NCBI GenBank assembly: GCA_965223265.1
Contig: OZ244999.1
Coordinates: 1,120,001-1,184,000, forward strand
DNA: 64,000 nt
DNA from: Planctomycetota bacterium
GTDB lineage: Bacteria; Planctomycetota; UBA8108; SXIK01
Direction of reading: 5' to 3'
Position numbers and translations under genes: made by a program
Part shown: positions 1 through 9,256 of the stretch, piece after piece
Numbering within the stretch: the stretch's first letter is position 1
Layout of the letters: every line of letters begins with the position of its first letter
Notes under the pieces: model-generated
What the model saw: only the letters and a program-made list of their open reading frames with translations
Database searches by the model: none
What the model was told of the DNA's origin: nothing

Positions 1-433
1 TATGAGACACCCTTAGATTGGATACCATGGAGTACTATTTGTTGGTAAATCTGTCGAACGGTCTTCTACTAATCTCTCTCCTAAGGAGTCATAACTCATT
101 CCAGCCCAATACACTAAGGCATTAGAGTCTTCCCCCGAAAACAGCGAGAGCCCAACATCCCATTCACATCATAAAGCATTCTATAGTAACGACTTATGAT
201 ATGGTGAGCTTGGAGTCCCCCAGCCCAAGCACTGTCCCGGTTCTCGTAAATCCGCCCCATAGCGGGCGTTCCGAGCAGTGTAAGCGCTCGGCCTCAGCGC
301 TGGGGGGCGACAGCGGGGCAATTGCAGCAGCGACCGTACCTCTTGTCGCTTCCTCTCACAGAAGATCGAATTCGAAGCGAGGCACGAACGCCCACAGATG
401 ATAGCGTCCGACCGGAAAGTAACATGAGGACGC

Positions 434-743
434 GTGACTCACGACCCAATCACACGCTCAATCGAATGTCTTCGCCGTACAGTCGGAAGAAGTCACGAAA
501 CTGAGACGGGTTTCCATTGAGGAGATCGCCGTCGCAGAACGTGAACTCGGCTTTTCGCCGCCTCAAACACTGGGGTCGACGCCGTGAAACACCCGGTAGA
601 GTTCGACTGCGGTGTCACCCTCGTCGGACTTGTGAACTGCCATGAAGAGAATTGCAGTCGGACAAGCCGTTCATTCGTTCATTTCGCATCGCGACGGACT
701 GGACGAGTTCTCGATCGCGTGGTTGGACAGCATCGACCGCTAG
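434..743 (+). pseudogene. Decayed SMI1/KNR4 (SUKH)-like immunity protein
   Basis: GTG at 434 after GAGGA. Fragments in different frames read VSIEEIAVAERELGFSPPQTL (from 510; SUKH N-terminal 'EEIxxAExxLGFxLP' pattern) and GLDEFSIAWLDSIDR* (ends 743; SUKH C-terminal pattern). Frameshifts and stops lie between them. Confidence 0.45.
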
Positions 744-769
744 GCCGAAGTCTACGGCGAGGTTGACTA

Positions 770-1063
770 ATGCATTACGATTGGCCGTTCGACCGCGCTC
801 CTATCGTGGCGGCAATCACGACCCGTCAAGTGCTCGAGGACGGTCTACCCATTTTGCGAGTGGTTCATTACTCTGATGACCACTCCTGGGCGTTCACGTG
901 CGGAACGATATCCGACACCGAAGATGGCCGCGTGATCGCAATGAAGGAGGCTGTTTCGATAGATCCTACTCTCTTGGAGATTGCGGATCTTCCCCCGGGC
1001 TGGGGCGCATCTCGCGCAGCCGTAGACGAGCAGTGGTCTCGATACAAAGACGAAGCCGTGTGA
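770..1063 (+). CDS. Conserved hypothetical protein, DUF2185/Imm33-like
   Basis: 97 aa, GGAGG-like RBS (CGAGG). Motifs WPFD, AITTRQV, V.HYSDDHSWAF and DPTLLEIADLPPGW.A.R are typical of this small family. Confidence 0.65.
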   Translation: MHYDWPFDRAPIVAAITTRQVLEDGLPILRVVHYSDDHSWAFTCGTISDTEDGRVIAMKEAVSIDPTLLEIADLPPGWGASRAAVDEQWSRYKDEAV

Positions 1064-1081
1064 TGGCAGATCCCGAAAAAC

Positions 1082-1441
1082 TGAAGCGACAAAACGAGGC
1101 ACGTCCCTCGACAAAAAGCGACAAAGACGCTGCCCACGAGCGAACCGGTTCCCACGACGAGCTGGGGGACTCCGTCTAACCCACCTGAACACCCGGCCGA
1201 CCATTCTCAACCACGAACGACGCCAGTGTGTCGATGGGAGCGTTTGGCGCCGTCACGAACTCGACGACGCGGAAGTCGCTACGCCATAGGTCCGGTGTGA
1301 CCTCGCAGCGAACGTAGCCGCGCTGCGCGTTGAAGAACTTGAAGAAGGGATTCTCGGAAAGAACAGCCGGCGTTTCAGGACGCACCGTGAATCCATCGCC
1401 GCTGGAGCTGAGCGACGTGCCGACGAACTCCGCCGCGACGG
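1082..1441. repeat. Direct repeat copy A: phoD 3' end plus ~95 bp downstream (copy B at ~51908-52277)
   Basis: 1179-1441 matches 52015-52277 with 7 substitutions by manual comparison. The downstream non-coding flank is also recognisably homologous but more diverged. Confidence 0.95.
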
Positions 1442-2720
1442 TCGGCGAACGCTCGTCGCCGAAATCTGCCTTCAAGTCTGCGACCCAATTCGAATGGATG
1501 TCTCCCGTCAGCACGATGGGATTGGAGCACTCCGTCGCCATCAGGTGGCCTAAGAGGCGAGCGCGCGACGCTTCGTACCCGTCCCACTTGTCCATGTCGA
1601 AGTTGACCTCGGGGCCGGGCTTTCGGTCTAGGTGCGCCATCATCACTTGCTGCGCGAGCACATTCCATCGTCCCTGCGAGGCGTCCAGGCCTTTGAACAG
1701 CCACTGTTCCTGGGTACCACCGAGCAGGCTACGACGCGGGTCGAACGCTTCCGCGCAGCGTGCGCCGCGGCCCCCGCACGGCAAGGGAGAGCGATACTGG
1801 CGAGTGTCGAGAACGAAGAATTCGGCCAGGTTGCCGAAGGGCACGCGACCGTAGAGCTGCATGTGCGGGCCCGCCGGGAGTGACGACAAGCGCAGCGGCA
1901 TGTGTTCGTAGTATGCCTGGTAGGCGGCCGCCCGACGACGCAGGAAGCCCTCAACCGGCGCGTTCTCCTCTGAAATCTCCGCCGCATAGTTGTTGTCCAC
2001 TTCGTGGTCGTCCCAGGTGACGAGCCAGGGACACGCAGCGTGCGCCAGCTGCAAATCCGGATCGGTGCGATAGAGGGCGTAGCGATTCCGGTAGTCGTCC
2101 AGCGACTCGGTCTCCGCACCGGTGTGCTTTCGGACTTGGCCGTCGCGTCCCGCCCCTTCATAGATGTAGTCGCCAAGGTGGATCACCAAATCGAGCCCCT
2201 CGGCCGCCATGTGGCGAAGCGAAGTGTAGTACCCGGCTTCGTAGCTCTGGCACGATGCAAACGCAAAGCGAAGCTTCTTGACCGGCGCGCCGAGGGCCGG
2301 CGTCGTGCGGGTACGGCCAACAGCACTCGCATGCCCCGCCACCCGAAAGCGGTACCAGTACCAACGTCCGGGTGACAGTCCGTCCACCTCCACGTGGACC
2401 GAGTGGGCAAGCTCCGGCGTCGCGAGCGTTCGTCCGGCGCGCACCACCTTGGTGAGCCGTTCGTCTTCGCCGATCTGCCAGTCAACGTCGACGCTCGCCG
2501 GCGGCATTCCACCTCCGCTCAACGGATCAGGAGCTAAACGGGTCCACAGGACGACGCTGTCGGGTCGCGGATCCCCCGAGGCCACACCGAGCGAAAAAGG
2601 ATTGCGACGAAAAGTCGGCGACGCTGCGTAGGTGATGAAGCGCGTCGGCCCCAGCAGCCCGAATCCCAAACACACGCCGGTCCGGCCCAGAAACGCCCGT
2701 CGATTCATCGTCCTGGTCAT
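1176..2720 (-). CDS. phoD: Alkaline phosphatase D family protein, Tat-exported
   Basis: Tat motif NRRAFL; FSLGVASGDP, FASCQ, HLGDYIYE, WDDHEVDNN, LDTRQYR, DKWDGY, TGDIH. Confidence 0.95.
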   Translation of the reverse strand: MTRTMNRRAFLGRTGVCLGFGLLGPTRFITYAASPTFRRNPFSLGVASGDPRPDSVVLWTRLAPDPLSGGGMPPASVDVDWQIGEDERLTKVVRAGRTLATPELAHSVHVEVDGLSPGRWYWYRFRVAGHASAVGRTRTTPALGAPVKKLRFAFASCQSYEAGYYTSLRHMAAEGLDLVIHLGDYIYEGAGRDGQVRKHTGAETESLDDYRNRYALYRTDPDLQLAHAACPWLVTWDDHEVDNNYAAEISEENAPVEGFLRRRAAAYQAYYEHMPLRLSSLPAGPHMQLYGRVPFGNLAEFFVLDTRQYRSPLPCGGRGARCAEAFDPRRSLLGGTQEQWLFKGLDASQGRWNVLAQQVMMAHLDRKPGPEVNFDMDKWDGYEASRARLLGHLMATECSNPIVLTGDIHSNWVADLKADFGDERSPTVAAEFVGTSLSSSGDGFTVRPETPAVLSENPFFKFFNAQRGYVRCEVTPDLWRSDFRVVEFVTAPNAPIDTLASFVVENGRPGVQVG

Positions 2721-3297
2721 GAGTACATCCGATCGTTCAGTGATCCTACACGGTCCTCGCGTCGCGCTCCGTTCTTTCGAGTCGCTTGCGACTCGCGCGA
2801 CTTTCTCGTTGCCTCTCAGACCCTACCAGGATAGCCGGCGAAAGCGCATGAAGCGACGATCGGGTGCAGCACACCCACCAGTTGCGGAATCCTGCAAGTA
2901 GAAGTTCCTCCATGGTGGGCCTTTGTCCGTTGACCGGAACGCGGGGCGGCGAGTCCATTCGGCACCGCTTGCTTCGGGCGACCTCGAGTGCTCCACGACT
3001 CGCCTATCGAAAAAGAGCGAGTGCTGTCGACCGATTTCGAATTGCGCGCACGGGTTGGCTGTGGCCTCAAGAAGCGCCCGTCCGAAGCAATCCTTGGCGC
3101 TCGAGAAACTCGCGCGTGATGCGCCCGGGAAACATCGTCGACCGCAGAGTGCTGGCCGTTATCGAGAGTTTTGGAGTCGTGGCTGATTGAGATCATCGGT
3201 CATCGATCCGGCAGGACGAGGACTCCTTCGTGACGACGTAGCTCGCCGCGAAGCGCCGCGCCAGAAGTCGTACCGGGTGCACGCATCCTTCACGTGA

Positions 3298-4218
3298 TCA
3301 GCGGCGAAGGTAGCAAGCCCCCTCGGTTTCGCTACTGCGCGTCAATCGCATCTCGCTCATGCATTCGAGCAGGCGTGAGAACTGCTCGGGAGGAGCGGCG
3401 ATGAACAGATCGGCATGGTGCTTGCCGCCATCTTCCCACTCGCCGGTGTCGATGCCACGATCGTGAAGGAGGGAGAGCACCTTGTGACGCTCCTCCTTGT
3501 TCGTGAACCGCCGCTGCGGGAGCCTGACGCCCGGAACGGTTCCGAATGTGAAGCCGCGCCTCTCGAAGGCGGTCTCAATCGGCGAGTGGTCAAACATTCG
3601 CAGGATCGTGACGACCGCGAATGGGCCGAAATCGCCGGGGTAGTCCTTGCCGAGATCGCGTAGGATCACGTCGAGTGTGCGCTCTGTCACGTAGCCAATC
3701 GCGCCTGTGCTGATCAGCAAGTTGCAGCTGCGGAACCAGGCGCTCTCTTCCTCGGTCGGAACAACGTTCGGCTGCTCGAAATCCCGCGCGATACCGCCGT
3801 CGAGGACCCCGGCGTCTAAGGCAAACTGGATCGCCGGCTCGGAGCTGTCGAGACCCACGGCACGCACGTCGATCGCCGGCGGCGCGATGTTGAGCCACGT
3901 TCGCATGGCCTCACATGCCGCATGGTATTCCCGCGGTGCACGCGACGAGAAGAACGCCACCATCTCGTCGAACGAGCATCCGTACTTCACGAACGCAGAA
4001 CCCATTCCATACGAGCAACCGACATCGAGCAGCTGGACCGGCCAAGTATCCCCGTTCCCTTCTCGCAGGAGTTCTGCTGCTGCAGTGCAGTAGGGGCGGG
4101 CACGCTCCCCGATCTCGTAACCGTTCGCCGCCATCGACGCGATGTACGCGTGCGGCGTCGGCTCGGTGTAAACGCTGTCGAAACTCGACTTGGATTCGTT
4201 CGTCTTGCTATAGCTCAT
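3298..4218 (-). CDS. Class I SAM-dependent methyltransferase-like protein
   Basis: SAM motif LLDVGCSYG, VGLDSS..AI.FA, LLISTGAIGYV. Likely start is the ATG at 4218 (MSYSKTN), 7 nt after the MarR stop. Confidence 0.75.
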   Translation of the reverse strand: MSYSKTNESKSSFDSVYTEPTPHAYIASMAANGYEIGERARPYCTAAAELLREGNGDTWPVQLLDVGCSYGMGSAFVKYGCSFDEMVAFFSSRAPREYHAACEAMRTWLNIAPPAIDVRAVGLDSSEPAIQFALDAGVLDGGIARDFEQPNVVPTEEESAWFRSCNLLISTGAIGYVTERTLDVILRDLGKDYPGDFGPFAVVTILRMFDHSPIETAFERRGFTFGTVPGVRLPQRRFTNKEERHKVLSLLHDRGIDTGEWEDGGKHHADLFIAAPPEQFSRLLECMSEMRLTRSSETEGACYLRR

Positions 4219-4225
4219 AATTACC

Positions 4226-4906
4226 TTAGGAGTCCTGCGAAGACTGACCCGGGCCGTTCCCTTCGCCGTTAGCTGCCGGGCTCCCACCGCCCGGACGATC
4301 GACGATCATGACGTCCGCGGGAGTCGGGTCGATCGGTCCAGTCTCCAGGATCGGTGCGGCGTCGATGTGCCGCACTTCCATCATCTCAACGATTCGATCG
4401 AGGGACTCGGCGATCGCCGAGCGCTCCGCCTCGGGGAGCTGGTTCATCGCTGCCGCGAGCGTGTCCTGTAGCGGCGAAGGAGCGCTTGCGACGAGGGCGT
4501 TGCCTTCCTCTGTGAGCGATACCTGCACGAGACGGCGGTCCGTCAGATCTCGCTCCCGAGTGACCAGGCCCTTGGCGTCAAGCCGATCAAGGATCCCGAT
4601 CACTGTGCTGGGACTGAGGTGAACATGGCGCGCGATGGCGCTTGGCGTCACCGGCTCACGCTCGGCGACCGACAGCAGGCAGACCAGCTGCGGTCCCGTG
4701 ATCTTGTGCTTGGCCGCGAGTTTGCGGGAATGCAGATCGACCGCCCGGATGATCCGTCGCAGGGCCTGAAACACTCGCAGATCGAAGCGACCGGCGGCAG
4801 GTTGGTCCAACGCTGTGGAGGCCAGTGCCGCGCTCTCTATCGCAGCGGCGTCCGACGGGTCCGCCGCGCTGAGCCCTGCAGCTGTTTCTTCTGGCTGATT
4901 TCCCAT
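4226..4906 (-). CDS. MarR family regulator, EctR/CosR-like
   Basis: ALRRIIRAVDLHSRKL, ITGPQLVCL, LSPSTVIGILDRL..KGLV.R.R...DRR, and the C-terminal APSPLQ...LDRIVEMM...IDAAPIL tail typical of EctR-type MarRs. Confidence 0.85.
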   Translation of the reverse strand: MGNQPEETAAGLSAADPSDAAAIESAALASTALDQPAAGRFDLRVFQALRRIIRAVDLHSRKLAAKHKITGPQLVCLLSVAEREPVTPSAIARHVHLSPSTVIGILDRLDAKGLVTRERDLTDRRLVQVSLTEEGNALVASAPSPLQDTLAAAMNQLPEAERSAIAESLDRIVEMMEVRHIDAAPILETGPIDPTPADVMIVDRPGGGSPAANGEGNGPGQSSQDS

Positions 4907-4939
4907 CTACCTGGGGCACCTGATCGATTCGACCGCAAT

Positions 4940-4955
4940 CATTCGTACTCAAATG
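4940..4955. promoter_or_regulatory. Pseudo-palindromic candidate MarR operator (CATTCGTACTCAAATG)
   Basis: AT-rich imperfect palindrome (10/16 symmetric positions) ~35 bp upstream of the MarR start. Confidence 0.35.
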
Positions 4956-5271
4956 AATGGGATAGAATAGAAGTTTTTCCTCCGGAGTAAAGCCAAAAGA
5001 ACCGCCCACTGTAGCTCGCCTCGTTTGGTCGCGGATTTGTTCAGTTTTGGGCGCCCAGCGCGATGCCCTAACCGGCGGGTTTCTCCCGAAGCGGGCGGTG
5101 TTCCGCCGCCAAAAGAACGTCACGACGACCTGAATCTAGCGCAGGCACTCTCGTCTACGGGAATCTTGGTCCCGAGGAGTCCACGGAGACTCCGATGACT
5201 CCCACGCGGAATTCGGTTGGAAGTTGAGGCCAACGCGAGCGGAGTTTCCAAGGAGAATCCGCTTGCTTCTC

Positions 5272-5436
5272 TCCACGCGAGAGTTCGTAGCCGACGTGGG
5301 TCATGGCGCCCAGGTTCCGGGTGTAGCCCCATCTGTGATTCTTACGAGCCTGCAGAGTTCGAGGTCGGATATCGGTCTTCGTTTGTCGACGCTCCCTCCG
5401 CCCCCAGTCGTCCCACGGGAGGATGGTCGGAGTTTG
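5272..5436 (-). mobile_element. Degenerate remnant of an integrase-core (rve) transposase N-terminal region
   Basis: QTPTILPW...QTKTDIR..TLQARKNHRWGYTRNLGAMTHVGYELSRG resembles the 'TPDTLLRW...ARENPxWGYTRIxGALxxLGHEVxR' segment of such transposases. No DDE domain or terminal repeats seen. Confidence 0.5.
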
Positions 5437-5909
5437 AGATTGAACGAGAACCGCCTGTCCGCACCTGGGTCGGAAGTGCATCCGCAGGCGCGCTCGAATC
5501 GTCGGAGCCGGGCCCCTGACCGGCCGTCCCGCGAACTCAGGACCGGGATGCTGACACTGTCTCGCCCCGGGCTTAGGATGACGGTTTCCGTGCGATGAAC
5601 TCCGGGACGCCCGTGACGTGAAGCAGCGTCAACGAGATTTCCTGTGCTATAGACAGACACTCCAATCAAGGACGAACGAACCAAGCAAGATGCACTTCTC
5701 GGCCCAGAACCGGCGAAGTTGTCACCAGGAACCAGCTGCCACCTTCACCACCAGACGGTCGTACTCGGGCGGCGTTGCCGACCGGCGCGGCAGCTACGGG
5801 TACGTCATTTACGTATGACCGCACAATTACGATCGAGCGGTGGCGGCGCTGCACACGTGTCAGGACAAAAGTAGGCGATCGCGGATCGTTTGAGTGGAGG
5901 AAGAGTTGA

Positions 5910-6203
5910 ATGCAGACTGGTAATACTACGCTTTCGTCTAACGAGGGGCGATCCTCCGACCTTCGCTGGTGCCATCCGCTCGCGGACTTTCTGGGTGGCA
6001 CCGGCTTGTGGATCTCTCACGTTGCCGTCGCCATTGGCGTCATTGGAATGGTGCTATTGACCTGGTTTGACGTGCAGACCGATGGAGTCTGGGGAATCGT
6101 GGCGGCACCGGCGACGATGGTGTTTGGAGTCGCAGTGTTATTCGCCTTCGCTGGCTGGATTGCTCGCAGCAGCCGCTATAGTTCGAAAAAGGACGGGCAG
6201 TGA
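5910..6203 (+). CDS. Small membrane protein (2 predicted TM helices) coupled to the P-type ATPase
   Basis: RBS GGAGG upstream; two hydrophobic stretches; stop overlaps the ATPase start (GTGA). Confidence 0.6.
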   Translation: MQTGNTTLSSNEGRSSDLRWCHPLADFLGGTGLWISHVAVAIGVIGMVLLTWFDVQTDGVWGIVAAPATMVFGVAVLFAFAGWIARSSRYSSKKDGQ

Positions 6204-9013
6204 CAGATTGGCATCAAAGGGCGGTTTCAGACAGCCTAGTCCAGCTTGACTCAGACGCGGCAAGCGGATTGGCTGAAGACCAAGCGAAGGCGCGCCGTGC
6301 TCGATACGGCCCCAACGAATTAGTGGAAACCGGCGGCCGCGGACCGTGGCGAATTCTATGGGAGCAGCTCAGCGGGGCGATGGTCGTCCTGCTCATCGTG
6401 GCGGCAGGCGTATCGGCTTTCTTGCATGAATACACCGATTCGGCGGTGATCCTGGTCATCGTGGTGCTGAACGCAGCGCTCGGGTTTGCCCAAGACTATC
6501 GAGCGGAGAAGGCGCTGGCGGCACTAAAGAGACTGGCTGTGCCCGTCGTGCGACTTCGTCGCGATGGCGTGGTGCGGGAGATGCCTGCTTGCGAGCTGGT
6601 GCCTGGCGACATCGTGCTTCTGGAAGTCGGCAACTACGTGCCGGCCGATTGTCGCTTGTGGGAATCTGCCAATCTGAGAATTCAAGAGGCGGCACTGACT
6701 GGAGAGTCGGAGCCAGTCGACAAACAGATCGAGGCGCTCGCGGGCGACAGCTTGCCGCTAGGCGACCGAACAAACATGGCCTACATGGGCACCGTCGTGA
6801 CGTATGGCCACGGACAGGCTGTCGTGACGGAAACTGGGATGAACACCGAGCTGGGACACATCGCTCGGTCGCTGCAAACTGTCGAAAGCGAACCAACGCC
6901 GCTGCAAAAACGGCTCGCCCAGCTTGGTCGCACACTCGCGCTGGTCGCGCTCGGGATTGTGGCGTTGGTGTTCGCGATGGGGCTACTGCGGGGCGAAGAC
7001 CTACGGTTGATGTTGATGACAGCGCTCAGCCTGGCTGTCGCGGTCGTGCCAGAAGGCTTGCCGGCCGTGGCAACGGTTACGCTGGCGATCGGAGCGCGGC
7101 GGATGTTCAAGCGGCGCGCCTTGATTCGCAAGTTGCCTGCCGTCGAAACGCTCGGATCGGTCACGGTGATCTGCGCGGACAAGACCGGCACGCTGACAGA
7201 GAACCTCATGACGGTCACCGTGCTCGACGTGGCCGGCGACCGGCTGGATCTATCTGAGGTATTGCAGAAGGGCCAGCCGTTCACCGAATCTGATGTTTCG
7301 GACGAAGTCGCCGCGCTGCGAAATATGGTAGCTGACGACTCATCGCTGGCGCTACTCCTGGCGGGAGCTGGTCTTTGCAACGACGCAGAACTCGAATCGG
7401 ACGAGGAGCACCACGGGCTCCGAGCTGTCGGCGACCCTACCGAAGGCGCACTGGCGGTCGCGGCTGCTCGTCTGGGGCTTCGAAAAGACCGCTTGTTGGC
7501 GTTACTGCCTCGCGAAGCCGAAGTGCCCTTTGATTCGGATCGCAAACGGATGACGACGGTTCATCGCGTCACACCCTCGACCTGTGAAGCTACCGACGGG
7601 CCAGTCAAGGCTGCGCTGCGTCCAATCGTTCGACTGACCGGGAACCACTTTGCGTTCACCAAGGGCGCTGTTGACGCCATCCTCGATGCCTGTCAGTACG
7701 TCTGGGACGAAGACGAACTGAAACCGATCGACGACACTTGGCAGAGCCGCATCGCAGCAGCCAACGAAAAGCTGGCCGCCAGCGGCATGCGCGTGTTGGG
7801 CGTGGCGTGTCGTCCGCTCGACACGGCAACCGCTGCAGCGGCCGACGACCCAACAGGCAGGTCGGCCACCAGCCCAACGGAGGACATCGAGCAGGACCTG
7901 ATCTTCGTAGGGATGCTCGGCATGGTCGACCCGCCGCGACCGGAAGTTGCCGACTCGGTCGCGCGGTGCCGCTCGGCGGGTATTCGTCCCATGATGATCA
8001 CCGGTGATCATCCACTGACCGCCATCCACATTGCCCGGCAATTGAGAATCGCTGACGACGACCAGGTGCTGACAGGGCAAGAGTTGGAACGGATCAGCGG
8101 TGACGAGCTGAGAGCGGCTGTCGAGAAAACTTCGGTGTACGCGCGCGTTGCCCCCAAGCACAAACTGCAACTGGTCCAGGCTCTCCAAGACAATGGCCAC
8201 GTGGTCGCGATGACGGGTGACGGTGTGAACGACGCACCGGCCCTCAAGCAAGCTCACATCGGCGTGGCTATGGGGATCACCGGTACCGACGTTTCCAAGG
8301 AAGCCTCGCAGATGGTCCTGCTGGACGACAACTTTTCCACGATCGTCAATGCAGTCGAAGAAGGGCGCATTGTCTACGACAATATTCGTAAATTCGTCAA
8401 GTACACGATGACGAGCAACGCCGGCGAAGTCTGGGTCATGGTGCTCGGCCCGCTGATGGGTATGCCGCTACCGTTGTTGCCGCTGCAGATTCTGTGGATC
8501 AATCTGGTGACTGACGGACTACCTGGGTTGGCCCTGGCCTTTGAACCGGCCGAACGCGATACGATGCGACGTGCGCCTCATCCGCCCCAGGAACACATCT
8601 TCGGTCGCGGCATGGGTCGTGACATCGCCTGGATTGGCGTGCTGATGGGCGCGGTCTCCCTGGCAACGGGCTACTGGTGGTGGGCCTTCGGTTCGACGGC
8701 GGAGGCCCACTGGCGGACGATCGTTTTCACGGTGTTGACGCTAGCCCAGATGGGCAACGCCCTGGCCATCCGCTCAGCTCACGATTCGCTATTTCAAATC
8801 GGCATCTTTTCAAACCGGGCACTCATCAGCGCCGTGGCGCTTACCTTCGGCTTACAACTATGCGTGATCTATTGGCAGCCGCTGCAGAGGATCTTCAAAA
8901 CGACGGCTTTGACCGCTTTCGAACTTCTTTCGTGCGTTGCGTTGAGCACGATCGTGTTCTGGGCTGTTGAGGCACAGAAGTTCTTGTTACGCTCGAGGCG
9001 TCGGGCACGTTGA
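6200..9013 (+). CDS. Cation-translocating P-type ATPase (type IIA, Ca2+-type)
   Basis: YGPNEL, LTGES, VPEGL, DKTGTLT, GDPTE, KGA, DPPR, TGD, GDGVNDAP, QILWINLVTDGLP. Confidence 0.95.
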   Translation: MTDWHQRAVSDSLVQLDSDAASGLAEDQAKARRARYGPNELVETGGRGPWRILWEQLSGAMVVLLIVAAGVSAFLHEYTDSAVILVIVVLNAALGFAQDYRAEKALAALKRLAVPVVRLRRDGVVREMPACELVPGDIVLLEVGNYVPADCRLWESANLRIQEAALTGESEPVDKQIEALAGDSLPLGDRTNMAYMGTVVTYGHGQAVVTETGMNTELGHIARSLQTVESEPTPLQKRLAQLGRTLALVALGIVALVFAMGLLRGEDLRLMLMTALSLAVAVVPEGLPAVATVTLAIGARRMFKRRALIRKLPAVETLGSVTVICADKTGTLTENLMTVTVLDVAGDRLDLSEVLQKGQPFTESDVSDEVAALRNMVADDSSLALLLAGAGLCNDAELESDEEHHGLRAVGDPTEGALAVAAARLGLRKDRLLALLPREAEVPFDSDRKRMTTVHRVTPSTCEATDGPVKAALRPIVRLTGNHFAFTKGAVDAILDACQYVWDEDELKPIDDTWQSRIAAANEKLAASGMRVLGVACRPLDTATAAAADDPTGRSATSPTEDIEQDLIFVGMLGMVDPPRPEVADSVARCRSAGIRPMMITGDHPLTAIHIARQLRIADDDQVLTGQELERISGDELRAAVEKTSVYARVAPKHKLQLVQALQDNGHVVAMTGDGVNDAPALKQAHIGVAMGITGTDVSKEASQMVLLDDNFSTIVNAVEEGRIVYDNIRKFVKYTMTSNAGEVWVMVLGPLMGMPLPLLPLQILWINLVTDGLPGLALAFEPAERDTMRRAPHPPQEHIFGRGMGRDIAWIGVLMGAVSLATGYWWWAFGSTAEAHWRTIVFTVLTLAQMGNALAIRSAHDSLFQIGIFSNRALISAVALTFGLQLCVIYWQPLQRIFKTTALTAFELLSCVALSTIVFWAVEAQKFLLRSRRRAR

Positions 9014-9256
9014 GATCTGCCCGACTACGATGCTGAATCTCGCGGTCATCAGTGAGCAAGGCACAGGCGGCCGTCGAAGAACTCGGAAGACTCGGTCCAA
9101 GAGCAGCAGCACCGAACGGAGTGGGAGGACGCTGCGGGATCGGTCTACGATTGTCTGATCTTCCTTCCACAGATCTGATTTGTATTCTCCCGGAATGCGG
9201 CTAGGGTTGCGTGACAACCCTGAGCTAAGGCGCGTCACGTCCTCGTTAACTCCGCG

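Noticed and set aside
590-620. GTTCGAC tRNA T-loop-like motif
   Set aside because: The flanks do not form a T-stem or cloverleaf.
5520-5900. Possible yybP-ykoY, M-box or fluoride riboswitch upstream of the P-type ATPase
   Set aside because: No recognisable consensus elements by eye; an Infernal/Rfam scan would settle it.
9203-9221. Hairpin AGGGTTG-CGTGA-CAACCCT between convergent genes (also CGCATAC/GTATGCG near 41963-41980)
   Set aside because: Short stems without a U-tract; insufficient to call an intrinsic terminator.
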